A stretch of DNA of 64,000 nt from an uncultured beta proteobacterium (lineage in GTDB: Bacteria > Pseudomonadota > Gammaproteobacteria > Burkholderiales > Casimicrobiaceae), in the NCBI GenBank assembly GCA_963827095.1, contig CAWGZZ010000013.1, positions 139,037 through 203,036 on the forward strand, in the 5' to 3' direction. The translations under genes were made by a program, and so were the position numbers. The notes below the pieces were generated by a model. It had not been told where the DNA came from, made no database searches, and saw nothing but the letters and a program-made list of their open reading frames with translations. Positions 8,756 through 19,093 of the stretch are shown here, piece after piece. Position 1 is the first letter of the stretch. Each line of letters starts with the position of its first letter.

Positions 8756-9454
8756 TCAGGCCCGTTCGAAGCCGGCGCGGACGAACTTGAGATAGGTGGC
8801 GATCACGGCCTCGGGCACCCGGGTCATCGTTCGCCCCTTGCGCGCAAAGCCCAGCATCAGGTAACTGCGCATGCCCATCAGCATGAACGCGAGCGCCCGG
8901 ATCTCGCTTTCGTCGTAGCCCGGCAGCGCGCCGTTCTGCCACGCGAGGTGCAGCGAGTGGACGTAGCCCCTGGTCACGTTGTCGAAGTGGACGCGATGCG
9001 CCTTCGGCGCCAGGGTTTCCGCTTCGTTGAGCAGCCGGTAGAAGCCGGGATTCTCGACGAGGTAGCCGAAGAGCTCGCGCACGCCGCGCTCCTCGACGTC
9101 GATCAGGCTGGCGGCGCCGTGCATCCGCGCGGCGAGCCTGTGCAGCATGTCGAGCCCGACCGCCGGCAGCAGCCGGTCGAAGAGATCCTGCCGCGACTTT
9201 AAGTACGTGTAGAACGTGCCCTGCGCCACCCTGGCGCGCGCGGTGATCCGCGCGATCGACGCCTTTGCGTAGCCGACCTCGCCGATGATCGCGGTCGCGG
9301 CGCGCAACAGGTCGTGCCGGGTCTTCTCGAGGCGCAGCGCCCGCATGCCGGCTTCCTTGGCGACGGGCGCCTTCTTCGCGCGCGGCTTCGCTCGCGCGGG
9401 CGCTGCGGACTTGCGCGCGCGCGCTGCGCGGGGCCGCGCGGCTTCCTTGCCCAC
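8756..9454 (-). CDS. TetR family transcriptional regulator
   Basis: The HTH region is RHDLLRAATAIIGEVGYAKASIARITARARVAQGTFYTYLKSRQDLF. The longest ORF starts at GTG 9454 with a basic Ala/Lys/Arg tail. An ATG at 9346 with AAGGAAG upstream would give a canonical ~196-aa TetR. Confidence 0.85.
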   Translation of the reverse strand: MGKEAARPRAARARKSAAPARAKPRAKKAPVAKEAGMRALRLEKTRHDLLRAATAIIGEVGYAKASIARITARARVAQGTFYTYLKSRQDLFDRLLPAVGLDMLHRLAARMHGAASLIDVEERGVRELFGYLVENPGFYRLLNEAETLAPKAHRVHFDNVTRGYVHSLHLAWQNGALPGYDESEIRALAFMLMGMRSYLMLGFARKGRTMTRVPEAVIATYLKFVRAGFERA

Positions 9455-9473
9455 GTTCGAGTTCTTGGCCGTA

Positions 9474-9517
9474 ACTAATTGTTTTTATTTCACTAATTGC
9501 GGACGCCCGTTGCGGAC
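9474..9517. promoter_or_regulatory. AT-rich putative promoter/operator region upstream of the TetR gene, with two pairs of short direct repeats
   Basis: ACTAATTG at 9474-9481 and 9492-9499. TTGCGGAC at 9497-9504 and 9510-9517. It is embedded in gtaactaattgtttttatttcactaattg, the most AT-rich stretch in this part of the window. Confidence 0.3.
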
Positions 9518-9774
9518 ATTCGCATGAATGTGCAGCACCGTGCAGGGTTGATGCCCGCACGGTGCCCACAGTTCAATCAGGAACTTCGCCGCGAATAGTG
9601 AATCCGAGCTAACCGGTATTCTGCAGCTCATCGCCCGAGTACGGCGGCTTGCAACCGACGAGGGGTCCATCTACAGCCGTTCGAAGGGTTGGTCGTCGGC
9701 CATGCTGTCCTCGTCAACGTACAAGTCTTGACGCACCCGTCGGCGGATCGCCGCGTATGCTGGGCGTCATTCTT

Positions 9775-10179
9775 TCAGCGTCCGCGCCCGCTGTACCAAT
9801 GGTCGCGCAGCTTTTCCAGCTCACACACCACGGCAGCGGGAAATCCTTGCCGCTCTGGACGCCGGTCGACGAGGAGCTCCTGGAAATAGGCCTGGCACGA
9901 ATTGTAGTTGTCCCATTGCAGCGCTATTAGATTGATGATCCGCGGGAAGTGGGTGACAAGGGCACGCGGGAACACGTCGGGCGGCAGATGGCCGAGCCAT
10001 TTCTCGGTCGCCGGCAGCAATTGCTCCAGAGGCATCGCCCTGCGATGTCTTGACCAATCTTGCTCCCCGGCAGGGGATTCGCCCGCCGGCGCTGTTGGCC
10101 GCATAGCCACTTCGCCCCGAGTGTGGGGTTGGTCAATGCCGTTTAGTACATCCCACGTGCGCCGGCGATAGATCGACAT
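9775..10179 (-). CDS. hypothetical protein (134 aa) inside the island remnant
   Basis: GGGAG precedes ATG 10179. MSIYRRRTWDV...PLEQLLPATEKWLGHLPPDVFPRALVTHFPRIINLIALQWDNYNSCQAYFQELLVDRRPERQGFPAAVVCELEKLRDHW. The C-terminal ~85 aa look like a folded conserved domain. I cannot assign a family. Confidence 0.5.
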   Translation of the reverse strand: MSIYRRRTWDVLNGIDQPHTRGEVAMRPTAPAGESPAGEQDWSRHRRAMPLEQLLPATEKWLGHLPPDVFPRALVTHFPRIINLIALQWDNYNSCQAYFQELLVDRRPERQGFPAAVVCELEKLRDHWYSGRGR

Positions 10180-10613
10180 AGTGGCTCCCTTGCATACCGA
10201 TCCGCAGACCGGGACAGCGTCGGAGGCGACATTGGAAACGGATGCCAATGCGCGCAGTCTAGACCCAGCGAAGGCGAGCGGCAACGCGATCGCCGACACG
10301 CGATCCCCGATCCGTTGTGCACGATCCTGTCCCTCAGCCGACGATGTCCAACGGCCGGGAGATCGCCGCGTGATTTCGACTCCCCTTTCGGGGGCCGACT
10401 GGTGCGGATCGTCACCGTCGTCACCTTCGCCACAGACGCCCCAGCGACCGCCGTCCGGCACGGGCCGGCCGAAGGACCCCCGATCTGGTCTGCGGCCCCC
10501 GCTGGAGCGGTTGGTCATCGGCCGGCGTATGCCCTTCGCGCAGGCAATCGCGGCCATGCTGCGCCGCTACCGGCGATAGGGCGGGGGCGCGATGGTGCAT
10601 CGCCAATCGTCGC

Positions 10614-11054
10614 TCAATGCCGCGCGCCCCGTACACGACCTTCAGCCTTCTCGCGGCGGTAGTCGGCGACGGTGCGGGCGAGACCCGCTTCGAGATCGAT
10701 CTTGTGGTGCCAGCCGAGACCGTGCAGGCGCGAGCAATCGAGCAGCTTGCGCGGCATCCCATCCGGTTTGGTCGGATCCCAACCCAGTTCGCACGTGGCG
10801 CCGCACGCGTCGCGAACGCGTTCGACCAGTTCGCGGATCGACACCTCCTGGCCCGAACCGATGTTTACCCCATCGGGTGGATCATCCAGGCCGAGCAGGA
10901 AGAGCGCCGCGTCGGCCAGGTCGTCCACATGTAGGAACTCCCGCAACGCCACGCCCGTGCCCCACAGGTTGACGCTCGCGTCGCCGCGCTCACGCGCCTC
11001 CTCGAATAGCAGGCGCGCTTGCGCGCCGGCTTGCCGCAGGTGCGGGTGCACGAC
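10614..11054 (-). pseudogene. fcl: GDP-L-fucose synthase (Fcl) 3' fragment, N-terminal half missing
   Basis: Only the C-terminal ~140 aa are present: [27 protein letters not shown]...[18 protein letters not shown]...[38 protein letters not shown]. This matches the Fcl C-terminal half from memory. No Rossmann N-terminus lies upstream; homology stops at about 11050. Confidence 0.75.
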
Positions 11055-11282
11055 TTGAAGCACACCTTCGGGCGGCGGTTGCGGGCCGCCGGCGTATCGT
11101 TCGAGGACCGGCAGGATTTGCTCGGTCACCGCTCGGGACGCATCACCACGCGCTACTCGGCGGCGGAGTTGCAGAACCTGATCGCGGCGGCGGAAAGGGT
11201 GTGCGAGCTGGGTGTCCACAAAATGCCCACACTCGTGATTTTGAAAAGAAAAGCGCCTGCCGCGGCTTCGGCAAGCGCTTGA
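11040..11282 (+). pseudogene. tyrosine-type (phage) integrase, C-terminal catalytic stub only
   Basis: [44 protein letters not shown] carries the HxxR ... LGH ... Y catalytic motifs. About 80 codons remain. The 5' end abuts the truncated fcl fragment on the other strand at about 11040. Confidence 0.75.
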
Positions 11283-11298
11283 TGTTGCAGTAGAAATC

Positions 11299-11375
11299 TG
11301 GCGCGCCCGGCAGGAATTGAACCCACGACCCCCTGGTTCGTAGCCAGGTACTCTATCCATCTGAGCTACGGGCGC
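11299..11375 (-). tRNA. tRNA-Arg (anticodon ACG)
   Basis: Minus strand GCGCCCGTAGCTCAGATGGATAGAGTACCTGGCTACGAACCAGGGGGTCGTGGGTTCAATTCCTGCCGGGCGCGCCA. The acceptor stem is perfect (7 bp), the anticodon loop is CTACGAA and CCA is encoded. The T stem has two G-U pairs. Confidence 0.9.
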
Positions 11376-11379
11376 ATCT

Positions 11380-12944
11380 TTAAATTATAGCATCGTGCTT
11401 GTCGCGGCCGCCACCCGTGCTTTCGCCCTTGCCGGCGTCCGGCGCCGCCGCTGGTGCATGCGGTGCCGGCGTGCGCTGCCGCCGCAATGCCCACGCCTTG
11501 CCGAGCATCGAGAGCCCGAGCCAGGCCGCGATGATCGCGAGCGGGATCGCCAGCGTCCGCGGCCACAGGAAGCCGATGACCGACGTCGCGAGCGCGAACG
11601 CCGCAAGCTTCACCAGCAATCCCGATTCCGCCGGTCCCAGCAGGCGACGGTTCGTGAGCGCCGCCCCCATCGCGTTGCCGACGGAAATCGCGCCTGCGGC
11701 GGCGCGCCCGGCGCTGCCCGAGGCCGCGTGGCGCACGGGTGCCGCGGGGCTGCCCTCCTCCGATCTTGCGCACCCGATTGCGGCGCGTCAGCACGATTTC
11801 GGTGGCGCGGCGCAGGTCCTCCTCGTACATCGCGGCCATCTCCGCGGCGAAGCCCCGGTCCTCGATCGCGACGTCGAGCTCCCAGTTCTGTATCCAGCTC
11901 GCGAAGTTGAGGTTGGTCGAGCCCACGCGCGCCCACAGTCCGTCGGCCACCGCGGTCTTCGCGTGCAGCATCGTGCCGTTCCACTCGAACACGCGCACGC
12001 CCGCGGCGAGCAGCGGCCGGTAGCCGGCGCGCGAGAGCGGCTGCAGCGCGGCGATGTCGCTGGCGCCGGGGACCAGCAGCCGGACGTCGACCCCGTCGCG
12101 GGCCGCCGCGCACAGCGCCTGCACGTACGGCGACAGGCCGACGAAATAGGCGTCGGTGAGCCACAGGTAGTCGCGCGCCGCCGAGGCGATCAGCTGGTCG
12201 AGCCGGAAGACGCCGGCCGCGCTGGGCGTGCCGGCGATCACCCGCACGGCAACGTCGCCGGCGCGCGCGATGTCGCCGGGCGCGGTCATGTCCTTCTTCG
12301 CGAGCGCCGCCCCGCCGCAGGCACGCCACACCTCGGCGAACGCTTCCTCGAGCTCGGCGACCGCGGGGCCGCGAATCTCGATCCCCGTATCGCGCCAGGG
12401 CTCGAGCAGGCGTGCCGGGTCGCCGCGCCACGCCGCGCTGATGCACACGCCGGTGACGAAGCCGACGCGGCCGTCGATCGCGATCGTCTTGCGGTGATCG
12501 CGCGACACCCAGGCGAGCGGCGTCGTGATGGCGAATGGGTTGAAGCGGCGGACTTCGGCGCCGGCGGCGCGCAGCTGCGACCCACAGTTCCCGCGCGCCC
12601 AGCGAACCGAGCCAATCGTAGATCACGCGCACGCGGATGCCGGCACGCGCCTTCGCGGCCAGCGCGGCGGCGAACTCCTGTCCGACGTCGTCGTCCTGCC
12701 ACAGATAGGACTCGAACAGGATCGTGCGCTCGGCCTTGGCGATCGCGTCGAGCCAGGCCGGATAGTTCCCCGCCGCATCGCGCAGGATGCGCACTGCATT
12801 GCCCTCGATGCGTGGCGATCCGGTCGCGCGCGCAAAGGCCCGGTCCAGCAGGCCCAGCGCCGACTCGTCCATCGTCGCGGGCGGCGGCCTGGGCACAACG
12901 CCGCCGCGCTCGGTCGGCAGCCTGCCGTCGATCTGCTGCACCAT
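11380..12944 (-). pseudogene. phospholipase D / cardiolipin synthase-like protein with two HKD motifs and a C-terminal membrane tail; two +1 frame breaks
   Basis: Three segments in frames 0, 1 and 2. (1) ...[40 protein letters not shown]. (2) [18 protein letters not shown] ... [22 protein letters not shown]. (3) [45 protein letters not shown]. Breaks lie near 12590 and 11740. The TAA stop is 4 nt from tRNA-Arg. Confidence 0.75.
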
Positions 12945-13144
12945 GCGATGCTCCCCGCCGTTGCCGGTCGCTCGACGCGCAGCGACTGCGTCAATCTGCG
13001 CGCCGGCCCCCGCTCCCGCCGCCATTATGAGCCGCGGCTTAGCGTCGGGGCATGCTTCTCAGGGGACACTATGAAGTCGCCGACAAAACGACTTGACGCA
13101 CATCGCACAAGCGACAGTTCTCGCGCCGGAGTGCGGTGCAATAC

Positions 13145-13237
13145 TGGCGGAGACGAAGGGATTCGAACCCTTGATGCAGTTTTTGGCCGCATGCTCCCTT
13201 AGCAGGGGAGTGCCTTCGACCTCTCGGCCACGTCTCC
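13145..13237 (-). tRNA. tRNA-Ser (anticodon GCU), long variable arm
   Basis: Minus strand GGAGACGTGGCCGAGAGGTCGAAGGCACTCCCCTGCTAAGGGAGCATGCGGCCAAAAACTGCATCAAGGGTTCGAATCCCTTCGTCTCCGCCA. The anticodon loop is CTGCTAA and the T arm is AAGGGTTCGAATCCCTT. Confidence 0.9.
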
Positions 13238-13313
13238 GGTGAACGGGTGATTGTACGGCTGCGAGCCTCGGCCAGTCAAACGAATGACGAAAAATCGCTG
13301 AAGAAACCGCAAG

Positions 13314-14565
13314 TTACGCAGTCGCCGGCGCCTGCTCCAGCTCGAACGCCTTGTGCAGCACGCGCACGGCGAGCTCGAGGTACTTCTCGTCGATCACCAC
13401 CGAGATCTTGATCTCGGAGGTCGAGATCATCTGGATGTTGATGCCCTCGTCGGCGAGCGCCTTGAACATCTTGCTCGCGAGGCCCGACGTGCGAGCGCAT
13501 GCCGATGCCGACGGCGGACACCTTGCAGATCCGGTTGTCGCCGATGATCTCGCGCGCGGCGAACACCTTGCCGCGCTCGCGCGCCAGCACGTCGAGCGCC
13601 TTCTGGTATTCGCGCGCGGTTGACGGTGAACGAGAAGTCGGTGTGCCCCGACGCGCCGATGTTCTGCACGATCATGTCGACGTCGATGTTGGCGGCGGCG
13701 ATCGGGCCGAGGATCGCGTACGCGATGCCTGGGCGATCCTCCACGCCCATCACCGAGATCTTGGCTTCGTCGCGCGTGAACGCGATGCCGGAAATGATCG
13801 CCTGCTCCATGGTGTGATCTTCCTCGTAGGTGATGAGCGTGCCGGCGGAAGTGACCTCGGGGTCCTCGAGCGACGAGAGCACGCGCAGCTTGACCTTGTA
13901 CTTGCCCGCGAACTCGACCGAGCGGATCTGCAGCACCTTCGAGCCGAGGCTCGCCATCTCGAGCATTTCCTCGAAGGTGACGTTGTCCAGGCGCCGCGCC
14001 TCGGGCACGATCCGCGGGTCGGTGGTGTAGACGCCGTCGACGTCGGTGTAGATCTGGCACTCGTCGGCCTTCAGCGCCGCGGCCAGCGCGACGCCCGAGG
14101 TGTCGGACCCGCCGCGCCCGAGCGTGGTGATGTTGTCCTCGGCGTCCACGCCCTGGAAGCCGGCGACGATGACGATCGTGCCGGCCTCGAGGTCGGCGCG
14201 CATCTTGTCCTCGTCGATCGTTGAGGATGCGCGCCTTGGTGAACGCGCTGTCGGTCAGCACCTGCACCTGCCCGCCGGTGTAGCTCTTCGCCTTGAGGCC
14301 CATCGCCTCGCAGCGCGATCGCGAGGAGCCCGATCGTCACCTGCTCGCCGGTGGCGGCGACGACGTCGAGCTCGCGCGGGTTCGGGCTCGGCGAGAGCTC
14401 CTTCGCCAGCGCCAGCAGGCGGTTGGTCTCGCCGCTCATCGCGGAGACCACGACGACCAGCTGGTGGCCCTCGCGATGGAAGCGCGCGACGCGCCGGGCG
14501 ACGTTCTTGATGCGGTCGGTGGTGCCGACGGACGTGCCGCCGTATTTCTGGACGATCAGGGCCAT
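13314..14565 (-). pseudogene. lysC: aspartate kinase; four +1 frame breaks, probably an intact gene with sequence errors
   Basis: Segments: [26 protein letters not shown]...[14 protein letters not shown] | [24 protein letters not shown] | [18 protein letters not shown]...[16 protein letters not shown]...[15 protein letters not shown] | ...[16 protein letters not shown] | [30 protein letters not shown]. The frames run 0,1,2,0,1. The 1252 nt equal 1248+4. Confidence 0.9.
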
Positions 14566-14608
14566 TGCGTGGTCTGACAGCGGTTGGAAGGCCGACGCGC
14601 GCGGCGCG

Positions 14609-15853
14609 TCAGAGCGCGGCGGAAGACGAGCGTCGCGTTGGTGCCGCCGAAGCCGAACGAGTTCGACAGCGCGGCGCGGATCTTCATCGCGCGCGCGGTG
14701 AGCGGCACGAAGTCGAGGTCGCACTTCGGGTCGCGGTTGACGAGGTTGGCCGTGGGCGGCGCCACCTGGTCGCGCAGCGCGAGCGCGGTGAACACCGCCT
14801 CGATGCCGCCGGCGGCGCCCAGCAGGTGGCCGGTCATCGACTTGGTCGACGACACGGCGAGCTTGTCGGCGTGGTCGCCGAACAGCGCGCTTGACCGCGA
14901 CGCACTCGGCGATGTCGCCCAGCGGCGTCGACGTGCCGTGGGCGTTGATGTAGTCGATGTCGTCGGGGTTGAGCCGCGCGTTCCTGCATCGCGTTGGCCA
15001 TGCTGCGCGCCGCGCCGCGGCCGTCTTCGGGCGGCGCGGTGATGTGGTGCGCATCGGCGCTCATGCCGTAGCCCGCGAGCTCGCAGTAGATGCGCGCGCC
15101 GCGCGCCTTGGCGTGCTCGTATTCCTCGAGCACCAGCACGCCGGCGCCCTCGCCCAGCACGAAGCCGTCGCGGTCGATGTCCCAGGGGCGGCTGGCGGCG
15201 GTCGGGGTCGTCGTTGCGCGTGGACAGCGCGCGCGCGGCGCAGAAGCCGCCCATGCCGAGCGGGCTCACGGTCGACTCCGTGCCGCCGGCGACCATCACG
15301 TCGGCGTCGCCGTACTCGATGATCCGCGCCGCCTCGCCGATGCTGTGGTTGGCCGTCGAGCAGGCGCTGACCATGGCGAGGTTGGGACCCTGGTAGCCGT
15401 AGTGGATCGACACCAGTCCCGCGACCATGTTGATGATCGACCCGGGCACGAAGAACGGCGAGATCTTGCGCGGCCCGCCGTCGAGGTACGCGTGCTTGGT
15501 GTCCTCGATCATCGGCAGGCCGCCGATGCCCGAGCCGATGCACACGCCGACGCGCTCCTTGTCGCCGGTGTAGCCGTCGAGCCCGGCGTCGCGCACCGCC
15601 TCCATCGAGGCCGCGAGGCCGTAGTGGATGAACGTGTCGTAGCGCCGCGCCTCCTTCGCCGACAGGTACTTGCGTGACGTCGAAGTCCTTCACCTCGCCG
15701 GCGATGCGCGACGGGAACGCCGAGGCGTCGAAGCGGGTGATCCGGCCCGATGCCGGAGCGCGCGGCGAGGATCGTCTCCCAGGCCGCGGCGAGGCCGATG
15801 CCGACGGGCGAGACGATGCCCAGTCCGGTGACGACGACACGGCGTCGGGACAT
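14609..15853 (-). pseudogene. fabF: beta-ketoacyl-ACP synthase II; about six +1 frame breaks
   Basis: Segments: MSRRRVVVTGLGIVSPVG | ITRFDASAFPSRIAGEVKDFD | ...MVSACSTANHSIGEA...VMVAGGTES | [27 protein letters not shown] | [16 protein letters not shown] | [14 protein letters not shown]...[16 protein letters not shown]. The frames run 0,1,2,0,1,2. The natural stop is probably TGA 14611-14609, which needs a sixth step; as sequenced, the open frame runs to 14556. Confidence 0.9.
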
Positions 15854-15972
15854 GGCGGTGTTTGGAATCCGGTGAAGAGCGGAACCCGCGGGGATCAGCG
15901 GCGGCGCTTCAGCCGGCCGCGCGCTGCAATCGCGGCGAGCCGGCCGGGGCAGCCCGGCCGGCCCGCGGCGAA

Positions 15973-16212
15973 TCACTTCTTGACGTGCGAGCCGATGTAG
16001 TCGATCGCCTGCTGGACGGTGGTGATCTTCTCGGCCTCCTCGTCGGGGATCTCGGTCTCGAACTCCTCTTCGAGCGCCATCACCAGCTCGACGGTGTCGA
16101 GCGAATCGGCGCCGAGGTCGTCGACGAACGACGACTCGTTCTTGATCTCGGCTTCGTTGACGCCGAGCTGCTCGGCGACGATCTTCTTAACTCGTTGTTC
16201 AATGTTTTCCAT
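15973..16212 (-). CDS. acpP: acyl carrier protein
   Basis: [73 protein letters not shown] contains the DSLD phosphopantetheine site. Intact at 79 aa. Confidence 0.95.
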   Translation of the reverse strand: MENIEQRVKKIVAEQLGVNEAEIKNESSFVDDLGADSLDTVELVMALEEEFETEIPDEEAEKITTVQQAIDYIGSHVKK

Positions 16213-16333
16213 GCTTCTCCTCCCGCTGCGGGAATGACCGAGTCGAAACCGCGCGGATTTTACCAGAAGGCCGCGACTCGCCCTGATCGCGCTGCCGTTC
16301 GCCGTCATGCCGGCGCTCGCCTGGCCCAGCCGC

Positions 16334-17079
16334 TCAGTCATGTACATGCCGCCGTTGACGTGCAGCGTCGCGCCGGTGATGTACGCCGCCCGCGGCGACG
16401 CCAGGAACACGACGGCCTCGGCGACGTCCTCGGGCGTGCCGAGCCGGCCGAGCGGAATGCGCTCCAGCAGCTTGCCGCGCTGCGCCTCGGGCAGCGCGCG
16501 GGTCATGTCGGTGTCGATGAACCCGGGCGCGACGCAGTTGACGGTGATGTTGCGGCTGCCGACTTCCTGCGCCAGCGACTTGGTGAAGCCGACCAGCGCC
16601 GCCTTGGCCGCCGCGTAGTTGGCCTGCCCGGCGTTGCCGCTCGCGCCGACCACCGAGCCGATGTTGATGATCCGCCCGTGGCGCGCCTTCATCATCCCGC
16701 GCAGCACCGCCTTGGCGAGCCGGAACACCGGCTTCAGGTTGGTCGCCATGATGGCGTCCCACTCGTCGTCCTTCATCCGCAGCAGCAGGTTGTCGCGGGT
16801 GATGCCGGCATTGTTGACGAGGATCGTGACGGCGCCGAAGCGCGCCTCGATGTCGGCCAGCGCCGCGTCGACTGCGGCGCCGTCGGTGACGTCGAGCGCG
16901 ATGCCGCTGCCGCGTTGCCCGCCGCCGCGAGGTACGCGGCGATCTTCGCGGCGCCCTCGTCGGTCGTCGCCGTGCCGACCACCGTGGCGCCGTCGCGGGC
17001 GAGCGCCAGCGCGATCGCGCGGCCGATGCCGCGCGTCGCGCCGGTGACCAGCGCGCACCTGCCCGTCGAGCGTGCTCAT
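16334..17079 (-). pseudogene. fabG: 3-oxoacyl-ACP reductase; three frame breaks, including loss of its stop codon in the main frame
   Basis: Segments: MSTLDGQV | [42 protein letters not shown] | [12 protein letters not shown]...[12 protein letters not shown]...[24 protein letters not shown]...LHVNGGMYM. Breaks lie near 17050 (+1), near 16920 (a -1/+2 type) and just before the TGA at 16336-16334. Confidence 0.9.
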
Positions 17080-18060
17080 CGCTCATTCGCGACGTCCGTG
17101 TCGCGCGTTCGGCCGGTCAGCGCCGCCGCGGCGATCTCCGCGCGCGCCGCGTCGATGCCGTGCTGTCGGTCAGCGCGTACGACTGCGAGGTCCGGCGCGA
17201 TCCGCCGGTTGAGGCCGGCGAGCACCTTGCCGGGCCCGCATTCGACGACGTGCGTGACGCCGCGCGCGGCGAACGCCTGGATCGTCTCGACCCAGCGCAC
17301 CGGGCTCGCCGCCTGCTGCGCGAGCGCGTCGCGGATCGCCGTCCGGCGTCGGCTGCTCCTGCGACGTCGACGTTGTGCACCACCGGGATCGCCGGCGCCG
17401 CGACGGCGACTCGGCGAGCCGCGCCGCGAGGCGCTCCGCCGCGGGCTTCAGCAGCGAGCTGTGGAACGGCGCCGACACCGGCAGCAGCACGCGCGCTTCG
17501 CGCCGCGCGCCTTGCGCGGCCGCGATCGCGCGCTCGACGGCCTCCGTGTGCCCGGCGATCACGACCTGGCTCGGCGCGTTGAAGTTGACGGGCTCGACCA
17601 CCTCGCCCTGCGCCGCTTCGGCGCACGCCGCGCGCGACGCCGGCGTCGTCGAGGCCGAGGATCGCGGCCATCGCGCCCACGCCGGCCGGCACCGCCTCCT
17701 GCATCGCCTGCGCGCGGAAGCGCACCAGCGGCAGCGCGTCGGCGAACGCGAGCGCGCCGGCGGCGACCAGCGCCGTGTATTCGCCCAGGCTGTGGCCGGC
17801 GACCACGACCGGCCGCGGCGCCGCCGGCGGCGAGCCAGGCGCGCCACACCGCAACGCCGGCCGCGAGCATCACCGGCTGCGTGTTGACCGTCTGGTTGAG
17901 CGCCTCGGCCGGGCCGTTCGTCGACCAGCGCCCAGAGGTCCTGGCCGAGCACGTCCGAGGCCTCGTCGAAGGTCGCGCGCACGACCGGGTGCGCGGCGAA
18001 GTCCGCCAGCATGCCGACCGACTGCGAGCCCTGCCCGGGAAAGACGAATGCGAGTTTCAT
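17076..18060 (-). pseudogene. fabD: malonyl CoA-ACP transacylase; at least five frame breaks
   Basis: Segments: MKLAFVFPGQGSQSVGMLADFA | MLAAGVAVWRAW | VVAGHSLGEYTALVAAGALAFADALPLVRFRAQAM | VNFNAPSQVVIAGHTEAVERA...PVSAPFHSSLLKPAAE | PVVHNVDV | VRWVETIQAFAARGVTHVVECGPGKVL. The stop overlaps the fabG ATG (ATGA). Confidence 0.9.
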
Positions 18061-18117
18061 GTGCGAGTTCCTGAGTGCGGTCGGTACTCGGTCGACGGAT
18101 CGCGTGCACGCGGCTGC

Positions 18118-19093
18118 TCACCGCGTCAGCCAGCGGACGAGCACCGATCCCCAGGTGAATCCGCCGCCGACGCCGACCAGCATCACGTGCTGCCCGGGCT
18201 GGATGCGGCCGTCGCGCACCGCGACGTCGAGCGCCAGCGGGATCGACGCGGCCGACGTGTTGCCGTGGCGGTCGACCGTCGCGACCACCTTCGCCGGCGG
18301 CAGGCCGAGCTTCTTCGCCGTGGCGTCGATGATCCGGATGTTGGCCTGGTGCGGAATCAGCCAGTCGATGTCCGCCGGCGTCATGCCGTTGGCCGCGAGC
18401 GCCTCGTGCGCGACCTCGGCCAGCACCTTGACCGCGAACTTGAACACCGCCTGGCCGTCCATCGTGCAGAAGGCGAGCCCTCGATCACGCCGTTGCGCGA
18501 CGTGGCCCGGCGACTTCGAGGATGTCCGCGTGGCTGCCGTCGGCGTGCAGGTGCGTCGACGAGGATGCCCGGGCGCTGCGCTGCGGCAGCAGCACCACCG
18601 CGCCGGCGCCGTCGCCGAACAGCACGCAGGTGCCGCGGTCGTTCCAGTCGAGGATGCGCGAATAGATCTCGGCGCCGACCACCAGCGCGTTGCGCGCGCT
18701 GCCGCTCGCGACCATCTTGTCGGCGAGCGCCAGCGCGTAGACGAAGCCGCGAGCACACCGCCTGCACGTCGAACGCCGCGCCCGCCGGCGACGCCGAGCT
18801 TGTCCTGGAGGATGCAGGCCGTCGACGGGAAAGATCATGTCCGGCGTGGTGGTCGCGACGACGATGAGGTCGACGTCGGCCGCCGCGATGCCGGCGGCGT
18901 CCAGCGCGCGCCGCGACGCGGCGCAGCGCGAGGTCGGAGGTCGTCTCGTCGTCGGCGGCGATGTGGCGCTGCGCGGATGCCGGTGCGCGCGACGATCCAG
19001 TCGTCGCTGGTGTCGACGCGCTGCGCGAGGTCGGCGTTGGTGACGACGCTGCGCGGGCAGGTAGCTGCCGGTGCCGGCGATGCGGCTATGCAC
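18118..19093 (-). pseudogene. fabH: beta-ketoacyl-ACP synthase III; roughly ten frame breaks in 976 nt
   Basis: Segments: [13 protein letters not shown] | [27 protein letters not shown] | [27 protein letters not shown] | QAVCS | [16 protein letters not shown]...[31 protein letters not shown] | [12 protein letters not shown]...[11 protein letters not shown]...[16 protein letters not shown]...[11 protein letters not shown]. The GTG 19093 start overlaps the plsX stop. Confidence 0.85.

Larger units (their letters stand above)
9530..11298. mobile_element. decayed integrative-element / genomic-island remnant abutting the 3' end of tRNA-Arg
   Basis: GC is visibly lower than in the flanks. It contains one intact hypothetical gene, about 430 nt with no convincing coding signal, a 3' fragment of fcl and a C-terminal stub of a tyrosine integrase ending 16 nt from the tRNA-Arg 3' end. 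I did not identify a left-hand att repeat, so the left boundary is approximate. Confidence 0.5.

Noticed and set aside
10066-10074. A 9-nt match (cccggcagg) to the tRNA-Arg 3' region as the distal att repeat of the island.
   Set aside because: The match does not extend beyond 9 nt, lies inside the intact hypothetical gene, and is short enough to occur by chance in GC-rich DNA.
15973-17079. A single 368-codon ORF that would encode a FabG-ACP fusion protein.
   Set aside because: The FabG end GGMYM is followed by a TGA (16336-16334) displaced by one base. The linking peptide ([15 protein letters not shown]...) is nonsense, and acpP has its own ATG at 16212. The fusion is best explained by a single-base indel at the fabG stop.
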